Assembly (NCBI RefSeq): GCF_001457615.1
Contig: NZ_LN831024.1
Coordinates: 600,001-632,000 of the forward strand
DNA: 32,000 nt
Direction of reading: 5' to 3'
Source of the DNA: Pseudomonas aeruginosa
GTDB lineage: Bacteria; Pseudomonadota; Gammaproteobacteria; Pseudomonadales; Pseudomonadaceae
Below are positions 16,683 to 24,652 of the stretch, in pieces (within the stretch, counting starts at the first letter, position 1; the number at the start of each line of letters is the position of its first letter). Under the pieces are notes generated by a model. That model was not told the DNA's origin and made no database searches. It saw nothing but the letters and a program-made list of their open reading frames with translations. The position numbers and the translations under genes are program-made.

Positions 16683-17018
16683 TCATGCCAAAGCCTGTGA
16701 CCTGCAGCACGGCTCGCCGATGCAACGGTAGAGACCTATCGGCAGGTGCTGGAAACCTGCCGTTTCCAGCACGAAGATGCCGTAGGGTGAGAGAAATACG
16801 TGGTCGATCTGTGTCGTGCCGTCCGGCGTGTTCAGGGTGACGTTGTGCAGGCGGCGGTAGGTGTGCCTGTCCAGTTGCCAATGGGCGAACAGGCGCACCA
16901 GCAGTTCACCGATCTGCCCCTTGGCCCAAGGCGATTTGAGCAGGCCGATCAGCAGGGCTGCCGGGATAAACCAGGTCAGCATGCCCCAGACCTGGGCGAC
17001 TATCGGGCTGTAATCCAC
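16683..17018 (-). pseudogene. NERD (nuclease-related domain) protein, truncated after about 86 residues
   Basis: N-terminal TM helix, then LLKSPWAKGQIGELLV...DVTL-like NVTLNTPDGTTQIDHVFLSPYGIFVLET, which matches the NERD core. After ...VLET the sequence leaves the family consensus (expected KN.kG.I) and stops 25 codons later. Confidence 0.6.
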
Positions 17019-17110
17019 TTTCTTCCTTGAGCCGAGCTGCTTAATGGAGAGGCGACCATTATCCTATGGCGCGATGACGCATCAAGGACTGGTGAGCCCG
17101 GTGCAGGCGC

Positions 17111-18232
17111 TCAGCGTGCTATCTGGTAACGGGTGCTACGCCCTCTGCCGGGCAGTCGCTCGATGCAGCCCTTTTCCAGCAGGTCGCTCAGGTGGCGGGT
17201 CGCGGTGGCTTTGGAAACCTTGGCCACAGCTTGGTATTGCGCCGCACTGATGCCCTCCTCGAACCCCCTTTCGCCGCCATCGAGCAGGCGGTTAAGCACT
17301 TTGACTTGCTCCGCCGATAGGGTTTGGCTGCGGTGTGCCTGCCAGAAGCGCGCCTTGACCAGCACGCGGTCGATACGAGCAAGAGCCTGCTCCAGGCTGT
17401 TGAGCAACGTCGCGAGAAACCATTGCAGCCAGTTGGTGATATCCAGCGTGCTTTTCTGACTTGCTTCGAGAATGCGGTAGTAACCGGCGCGGTCGTCGAG
17501 GATGCTCGCAGACATGGCGTAGAAGCGAATGGCTTGCTGCTCGCCCTGAGCCAATGCCAGATCGGTGATAGCGCGGGTGAGGCGACCGTTGCCGTCGTCG
17601 AAGGGGTGCAGGGTCACGAACCAGAAATGGGCGATGCCGGCGCGCAGAAAGGGATCGAGGCTGGCATCGCGGCGGCTGCTCTCGAACCAGGCGAGAAAGT
17701 CCGCCAGTTGCGCTTCCAGCCCCGCGCGGGGAGGGGCTTCGAAATGGACTGTCGGGCGGTCGATGCGACCGGAAACCACCTGCATGGGCTCTTCGCCACG
17801 CAGTGCACCGATGTGTAGCGGTCGAGTCAGCAGTTGCTCATCGGTGGGGAATAACCAACGGTGCCAGGTGAACAGTCGCTGTTCGTCTAGCGGCTCTTGA
17901 TGTGCGTGGGTGGCATCGAGCAGCAGTTCCGCCAGGCCTTCGGAGCGAGAGGTGGTTCGACCTTCTTCGTGCAATCCCAGTCGCCGTGCCAGTGATGAGC
18001 GCACCGAACCGACATTCAGTTGCTCTCCCTCAATGGCTGAAGAGGTGACGATGTTCTGCAGCATGGCATCCAGGCTGCTCTGCACTTCGGTGTCACTCCC
18101 CACGGCACCGAGCATTCCTAACAAACGACCCTGAGCCTGGCTACAGGAGCGCAGCAGTGGTGCAAGCGCTTCGGCTTGCCAGTTGAACTGCGGCCAGTCG
18201 GGCTGCTGCCAGATCCAGAGTGGGTCGTTCAT
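17111..18232 (-). CDS. Fic/DOC family protein (DUF4172 N-terminus, class II autoinhibited, C-terminal winged-HTH), putative AMPylase
   Basis: Canonical Fic motif HPFDDGNGRLTR. The inhibitory-helix motif [ST]xxxE[GN] is present as SSAIEG, N-terminal to the Fic core. The N-terminus WIWQQPDWPQFNW is DUF4172-like. The C-terminal wHTH-like segment is YQAVAKVSKATATRHLSDLLEKGCIERLPGRGRSTRYQI. Confidence 0.92.
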   Translation of the reverse strand: MNDPLWIWQQPDWPQFNWQAEALAPLLRSCSQAQGRLLGMLGAVGSDTEVQSSLDAMLQNIVTSSAIEGEQLNVGSVRSSLARRLGLHEEGRTTSRSEGLAELLLDATHAHQEPLDEQRLFTWHRWLFPTDEQLLTRPLHIGALRGEEPMQVVSGRIDRPTVHFEAPPRAGLEAQLADFLAWFESSRRDASLDPFLRAGIAHFWFVTLHPFDDGNGRLTRAITDLALAQGEQQAIRFYAMSASILDDRAGYYRILEASQKSTLDITNWLQWFLATLLNSLEQALARIDRVLVKARFWQAHRSQTLSAEQVKVLNRLLDGGERGFEEGISAAQYQAVAKVSKATATRHLSDLLEKGCIERLPGRGRSTRYQIAR

Positions 18233-18244
18233 AAGGGATATTCA

Positions 18245-18307
18245 TGAGCCGATTAGAGAGCCTATTCGGCTCATTTTGTGAGCCGATAATGGCAACTATT
18301 CGGCTCA
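18245..18307. promoter_or_regulatory. two tandem 29-bp palindromic units (TGAGCCGAT-N8-CTATTCGGCTCA), candidate operator or RNA hairpins upstream of fic
   Basis: Unit 1 is 18245..18273 and unit 2 is 18279..18307, a 34-bp period. Each has perfect 8-bp inverted arms TGAGCCGA/TCGGCTCA. Unit 1 starts 13 nt upstream of the fic ATG. Confidence 0.5.
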
Positions 18308-18490
18308 CTGTCTAATTCTCAAGCTGGGTTGATAGCTTGATGAGCATGCCTGTTCAGGGTGACTGAGTCAGCTAAAGCGCCTGTTTCAGCACGTCAAAAA
18401 CCTTGTGGACAGAGGTCGGCCGTACCCCTTGGGCATCGATAAAATTTGATGCAGGGACATGTAGCTCTCGGGCTACAAAATGGGGGCAGG

Positions 18491-18676
18491 TCACATGCGC
18501 TCGGAGCCGCAGTGCTGGATGTACACGCCGCGTACCATCTCGTCTTCGGTGCGGCGTGCCCAGTCTTCGGCGTCGCGCTTGGTGCGGAAGGTTTTTTCGT
18601 TGGTCGGCCAATCCGTTTTGCGGCCCACGGGAAGGGGGGGACGACTGTTGCCATCAGATAAGGACTCCAAAGGCAA
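18491..18676 (-). pseudogene. tyrosine-recombinase (phage-type integrase) N-terminal remnant
   Basis: ...GRKTDWPTNEKTFRTKRDAEDWARRTEDEMVRGVYI resembles the N-terminal arm-type domain of tRNA-associated integrases (pattern ..sKTF.tK.dAe.WAr..E.em.rG.). An MATVV... start lies in a neighbouring frame at 18654, implying an extra frameshift. A stop follows after 61 codons and no catalytic domain follows. Confidence 0.5.
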
Positions 18677-18754
18677 ACTGGCTAACCAGTACTGTACCGA
18701 CTTTGTACCTTTTGGCCATGGAGTCGTTTATGAGGCCACTACCCTAGAAAGCGC

Positions 18755-18777
18755 AAAGCCGCGCAGTGCGCGGCTTT
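18755..18777 (-). terminator. intrinsic terminator downstream of the tRNA (symmetrical, potentially bidirectional)
   Basis: AAAGCCGCGC-agt-GCGCGGCTTT forms a perfect 10-bp stem flanked by an A-tract and a T-tract. It lies 5 nt after the tRNA 3' end. Confidence 0.7.
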
Positions 18778-18782
18778 GAAGG

Positions 18783-18859
18783 TGGTGGGCCCACACGGAC
18801 TCGAACCGTGGACCAAAGGATTATGAGTCCTCTGCTCTAACCGACTGAGCTATAGGCCC
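18783..18859 (-). tRNA. tRNA with CAT anticodon (tRNA-Met by anticodon; elongator type, possibly tRNA-Ile2 read via lysidine)
   Basis: 77 nt: GGGCCTA-TA-GCTC-AGTCGGTTA-GAGC-A-GAGGA-CTCATAA-TCCTT-TGGTC-CACGG-TTCGAGT-CCGTG-TGGGCCC-A-CCA. The cloverleaf folds by hand and the CCA is encoded. Position 1-72 is a G-C pair, so it is not an initiator. Confidence 0.93.
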
Positions 18860-18874
18860 CCAGAAGGTCGGCGG

Positions 18875-18904
18875 ATTATACCGGCGCTTCTCGGGGAGCG
18901 CCAA
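18875..18904 (-). promoter_or_regulatory. candidate sigma70 promoter for the tRNA: TTGGCG-N18-TATAAT
   Basis: On the minus strand, a perfect TATAAT (18880..18875) overlaps the rmcA stop codon (gTA TAA t), and the -35-like TTGGCG is at 18904..18899. The predicted transcription start is about 9 nt before the mature tRNA 5' end. Confidence 0.5.
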
Positions 18905-21900
18905 TCGGCTGGCGCGGTTTGAGGAATTTGCTGGCGAACAGCTCGGCGGGCAGCGGCGGACTGAGGACGAAGCCCTGGATCTGCTCGCAGCCTTCGTGGG
19001 TGAGGAAGCTCTGCTGACCTTCGGTTTCCACGCCTTCGGCGATCACCGTGAGCTGCATGCTGCGGCCGAGGGCGATGATGGCGCGGGTGATGGCGGCATC
19101 GTGGGGATCGTCGGGAAGGCCGCGGATGAACGACTTGTCGATCTTCAGGATGTCCAGCGGCAGGCGCTTGAGGTAGCTGAGCGAGGAGTAGCCGGTGCCG
19201 AAGTCGTCGATCGCCAGCTGTACGCCGAGGCGCTTGAGGCCGTGGAGGACGGCGAGGGCCTCCTCGGTCTGGTTCATGATGAAGCTCTCGGTGATTTCCA
19301 GTTGCAGCCGCGACGGTTCCAGGCCGGACTGCTCCAGCAGTTGCTCGAGGCGTTCGATCAGTTGCGGCTGGCCGAGCTGGGCGCCGGCGAGGTTGACCGA
19401 CAGCGGGCCGAACGGCGCGTGCAGCTTTTGCCATTCGCCCATCTGCTGGCAGGCGTGTTCCAGCACCCAGTCGCCGAGGGGCAGGATCAGGCCGCAATCC
19501 TCGGCGAGGGGGATGAAGCGCTCCGGGGAAATTTCCCCGAACAGCGGATGGTACCAGCGCACCAGTGCCTCGGCGCCGACCAGCAAGCCGCTCTCCAGGC
19601 TCAGCTTGGGTTGGTAGTAGAGCTGCAACTCGTCGCGCTCGAGGGCGCGGCGCAGTTCGGTTTCCAGCGCCATGCGCTCGGTGGCCAGGTAGGTCAGTTC
19701 GCGGGTGTAGTACTCGATGCGGCTGCGGCCCCGCGACTTGGCGCGGTACATGGCGGCGTCGGCGTTCTTCACCAGGGTCGGGGCGTCGTCGCCGTCCTTG
19801 GGGAACAGGGCGATGCCGACGCTGGCGCTGACGAAGAATTCATGACCGTCGGCCTGGAACGGCGCGGTGAAGGCATTCAGCAGCTTGCGCGCGACGTGCT
19901 CGGCGTCGCTTTCCTGGTGCAGGCCGGGGAGCAGGATGATGAATTCGTCGCCCCCCAGGCGGGCCACGGTATCGACGTCGCGCAACTGGTCGCGCAGGCG
20001 TTCGGCGATGGCCTTGAGCAGCAGGTCGCCGATGGGATGGCCGAGGCTGTCGTTGATGTGCTTGAAGCGGTCCAGGTCGATGAACAGCACGGCGCCGGGA
20101 CGACTCTCTTCGCGGGCCTCGTCGAGGGCGTGATTGAGCCGGCTCTCGAACAGCAGGCGATTGGGCAGGCCGGTGAGCGGATCGTGGTGGGCCTGGTAGT
20201 CGAGCCGGGCCTGGGCGTATTTGAGGGTGGAGATATCGGCGAAGACGCCGACGAAGTGGGTGATCTCGCCCTGCGGATTGTGTACCGCGCTGATGGTCAG
20301 CCATTCGGGGTACAGCTCGCCGGTCTTGCGTCGGTTCCAGATCTCGCCCTGCCAGTGCCCGTCGCGCTCCAGCTGGTTCCACATGGCGAGGTAGAAGCTG
20401 GAGTCGTGTTGTCCGGAGGAGAGCAGGCTGGGCGAGCGTCCCAGCGCCTCCTGCTCGCTGTAGCCGGTGATCTCGCTGAAGGCGCGGTTGACCGCGGTGA
20501 TGCGTTGGCGGGTATCGGTGATCATCACGCCTTCGGCGGTGCTTTCGAAGACGGTGGCGGCCTGCTGCAGCTTCTCCTGCATGAGCTGGCGCTCGGTGAT
20601 ATCGCGGGCGATGGTCAGCACGCAGTCCTCGCCATCGATGCTGATCCGGTGGGCGGACATCTCGCACTGGCGGATGCCACCGTTGCGGTCCCGTATAGGG
20701 GCGGTGAAGCCCTGGGTCAGGGTGTGGTGGCGTACCAGCGAGATCAGGCGCTTGCGGTCCTCGGTGTCGACCCACAGGCCGAGTTCGAGCGTGGAGCGGG
20801 AGATGACCTCGTCGCGGCGGTAGCCGGTGAGACGGGTGAAGCCTTCGTTCACGTCGATCAGCGTGCCGTCTTCGAGGCTGCTGATCAGCAGACCGTCGGG
20901 GTAGGCATGGAAGGCGTTGGCGAACTTCTCCTCGGAGATCCGCAGCAGTTCCTGGGTCTCCACCAGGTGGGTGATGTCGCGGATCACCACCACCAGCGCC
21001 GGGGTCTGGTCGAGGGCCACGTGCTGGGCGCTGAGCAGCGCGCTGAAGGTACTGCCATTGCGGCGCCGCAGGGGCACCTCGAGGTTGGTCAGGTTGCCGT
21101 GGCCGAGCTTTTCCAGGACCTGCGGGCCCAGGCCGGGGAGTGCCCAGATGCCCAGTTCGGTGGCGGTCTTGCCGATGGCGTCGTCGGCGGCGATGCCGAT
21201 CTGCTGCTCGAAGGTGCTGTTCACCGCGAGGAAGCGGCCGTCGGCGCCGTTGGCCAGTACCACCATGTCCGGGCAGTGGTGGAACACCGAAGCGAACTTC
21301 TGTTCGGACAGGCGCATGGCCTGCTCGGTGAGCTTGGCCTCGGTGATGTCGATCATCAGACCGCGCAGGAGCAGGTCCCGGCCTTGCGTGATCGGGGTGA
21401 CCAGATCGCGAATCCAGACTACCCGGCCGTCGGCGGCGAGCATCCGGTAGTCGAAGCTGTGGTCGCGTCCGGCCTGGCTTTCGCTCATGCAGTAGTGGAT
21501 GGCGTACTCGGCGTCCATGGGGTGCAGGGTCCGCTGCCAGAAGCCCGGCTGCAGCCATTCGCCGAGGGGATAGCCGAGCAGGCGTTCGGCGTGGGGCGAG
21601 ACGTAGGTGAAGCGGTTCTCCTCGAGGCGCATTTCCCAGGCGATGGCATTCAGGCTTTCCACCAGTCCCCGGTAGTGCTGTTCGCTGTCGCGCAGTTCGC
21701 GCTCCAATTGCCGCCGGCGATTCACCTCGCGGCGCAGGCGGCGGTTCATGGCCAGCAGTATGGCGACCGAGACCAGGATCAGCAGGACGATGGGAAGACC
21801 GTAGGTCGCCATCTCGCGCCAGGCCGGACGTCGGTCGAGCAGGCCGCCGACCCAGGGGGCCTGGAGTCGCTCGATCTCCTCGGCGCTGAGGTCGGCGAGG

Positions 21901-22613
21901 ACCTTGTCGACGATCCCGGCGAGGATCGGTTGTCCGCGCGGCACGGCCATCGCCAGTTGGTAGCGGTATGGCGTCTCGCCGCTGATCTCCAGGCCGTTGA
22001 GCTTGAGCTGGCGGAGGTTCCATACGCTGGAGGCGAAGTCGCCGACGAAGGCGTCGGCCTGGCCGGTGGCCAGCGCCTGCAGGGCTGCCGCTACCGAAGG
22101 CAGCGGCAGCAGGGTGAGGTCGGGATGCTGGGCGATCAGCAGTTCGTGAGGAGCATAGTGGTCGACCACCGCGACCTTGAGTCCGTAGAGCTCGTCGATG
22201 CGCTTCGGCATCGGGCCGTTCTTGCGTGCCAGGATGATGATCGGGAAGTCCAGGTAGGGCCGGGTGAAGCTCAGGTACTCCTGGCGCTCCGGGGTAGCCA
22301 TGATGCCGGGCAGCAGGTCCAGCCGACCGTCCTTGGCCTGCTCCAGGACCTGCGTCCAGGTCTTTGGTTCGACAGGCGTCAGGCTGACGCCCAGGCGTTC
22401 CTGCAGCAGGCCGACGTAGCCGGCGGCGAGTCCCTGGTAGCGGCCCTGTTCGTCGCGGAACTCGAATGGCGGCCAGGAGGTATCCACGCCCAGGCGGATG
22501 CTCGGGTGCTCGGCCAGCCAGGCCCGTTCCTCGGGCGTGAGCGTGAGGGCGCCGGCCAGCCCCGGCCAGCAGCAGGCCAGACACAGGAGAAGCACGGCCT
22601 GCAGACGCTGCAT
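18876..22613 (-). CDS. rmcA: multidomain c-di-GMP signalling protein: two periplasmic SBP-family-3 domains, TM, four PAS, GGDEF, EAL (1245 aa)
   Basis: Signal peptide and periplasmic solute-binding-like repeats, TM helix YGLPIVLLILVSVAILLAM, repeated PAS blocks, GGDEF (RLGGDEFIILLPG), and EAL (GAEALVRW...QLEITES...DDFGTGYSSL). It matches my recollection of P. aeruginosa RmcA (PA0575). Confidence 0.93.
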   Translation of the reverse strand: MQRLQAVLLLCLACCWPGLAGALTLTPEERAWLAEHPSIRLGVDTSWPPFEFRDEQGRYQGLAAGYVGLLQERLGVSLTPVEPKTWTQVLEQAKDGRLDLLPGIMATPERQEYLSFTRPYLDFPIIILARKNGPMPKRIDELYGLKVAVVDHYAPHELLIAQHPDLTLLPLPSVAAALQALATGQADAFVGDFASSVWNLRQLKLNGLEISGETPYRYQLAMAVPRGQPILAGIVDKVLADLSAEEIERLQAPWVGGLLDRRPAWREMATYGLPIVLLILVSVAILLAMNRRLRREVNRRRQLERELRDSEQHYRGLVESLNAIAWEMRLEENRFTYVSPHAERLLGYPLGEWLQPGFWQRTLHPMDAEYAIHYCMSESQAGRDHSFDYRMLAADGRVVWIRDLVTPITQGRDLLLRGLMIDITEAKLTEQAMRLSEQKFASVFHHCPDMVVLANGADGRFLAVNSTFEQQIGIAADDAIGKTATELGIWALPGLGPQVLEKLGHGNLTNLEVPLRRRNGSTFSALLSAQHVALDQTPALVVVIRDITHLVETQELLRISEEKFANAFHAYPDGLLISSLEDGTLIDVNEGFTRLTGYRRDEVISRSTLELGLWVDTEDRKRLISLVRHHTLTQGFTAPIRDRNGGIRQCEMSAHRISIDGEDCVLTIARDITERQLMQEKLQQAATVFESTAEGVMITDTRQRITAVNRAFSEITGYSEQEALGRSPSLLSSGQHDSSFYLAMWNQLERDGHWQGEIWNRRKTGELYPEWLTISAVHNPQGEITHFVGVFADISTLKYAQARLDYQAHHDPLTGLPNRLLFESRLNHALDEAREESRPGAVLFIDLDRFKHINDSLGHPIGDLLLKAIAERLRDQLRDVDTVARLGGDEFIILLPGLHQESDAEHVARKLLNAFTAPFQADGHEFFVSASVGIALFPKDGDDAPTLVKNADAAMYRAKSRGRSRIEYYTRELTYLATERMALETELRRALERDELQLYYQPKLSLESGLLVGAEALVRWYHPLFGEISPERFIPLAEDCGLILPLGDWVLEHACQQMGEWQKLHAPFGPLSVNLAGAQLGQPQLIERLEQLLEQSGLEPSRLQLEITESFIMNQTEEALAVLHGLKRLGVQLAIDDFGTGYSSLSYLKRLPLDILKIDKSFIRGLPDDPHDAAITRAIIALGRSMQLTVIAEGVETEGQQSFLTHEGCEQIQGFVLSPPLPAELFASKFLKPRQPIGAPREAPV

Positions 22614-22683
22614 GAGGCGGTCTCGCGGTGGACGGGAATATAAGCGGAAGTGTAGACGCCGGGCGGCGGGGCAAGCGGCAAAG

Positions 22684-22711
22684 AAAAACCCCCGGTTTTT
22701 CAGGCCGGGGG
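22684..22711 (-). terminator. rho-independent terminator of rpoD
   Basis: The minus strand reads CCCCCGG-cctgaaaaa-CCGGGGG followed by TTTTTCTTT, 9 nt after the rpoD stop. Confidence 0.8.
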
Positions 22712-22719
22712 TTCGTTCG

Positions 22720-24573
<1,854 letters not shown>

Positions 24574-24652
24574 AACACCCTATCCACTGAAGGTCTTGGC
24601 GGGCAAAAAATAAGCAGAGGATTATACCTGATGCCTGGGCTGAGGCGCCAGT

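Larger units (their letters stand above)
16260..18782. mobile_element. degenerate tRNA-associated genomic islet (integrase remnant, fic, truncated NERD gene, AT-rich left border)
   Basis: Visibly lower GC than the flanks, with A/T runs at 16262-16345 and 18233-18480. An integrase N-terminal fragment sits next to the tRNA 3' end, and the cargo is typical of accessory DNA. No att direct repeat was found by eye, so the borders are approximate. Confidence 0.45.

Noticed and set aside
16100-16700. Searched by eye for a direct repeat of the tRNA 3' end (TGGTGGGCCCACACGGACTCGAACC on the plus strand) that would mark the distal att site of the islet.
   Set aside because: Only a weak resemblance was found (atgggcctcggac near 16183-16195). 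It is too short and degenerate to call, so the islet borders are left approximate.
16561-16881. Track ORF 16561..16881 (-), whose GC-rich tail (...SASFGEGELALAERNPMDVAALFAA) might be the C-terminus of a displaced gene.
   Set aside because: I recognise no family. Its 5' part overlaps the NERD fragment in another frame and has junk-like composition. It is noted only as unexplained DNA inside the islet.
18244-18315. 23-codon plus-strand ORF (MSRLESLFGSFCEPIMATIRLTV) running through the tandem palindromes upstream of fic.
   Set aside because: It has no SD, and its sequence is dictated by the repeats themselves. A DNA or RNA structural role is a better explanation.
18996-22643. Very long ORFs antisense or out of frame to real genes. 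Examples: 18996..22643 (+) and 19840..22674 (-) over rmcA; 22498..24699 (+) over rpoD; 24896..26575 (+) over dnaG; 13675..15396 (+) over impA; 2618..3949 (-) over fba; 1476..2846 (-); 5070..7001 (-); 8333..9859 (+); 8967..10028 (-); 29577..30983 (-).
   Set aside because: Their translations are Arg/Ala/Gly/Pro-rich low-complexity strings with no motifs. They exist because stop codons are rare in about 66% GC DNA. In each case the opposite or alternate frame encodes an unmistakable conserved protein.
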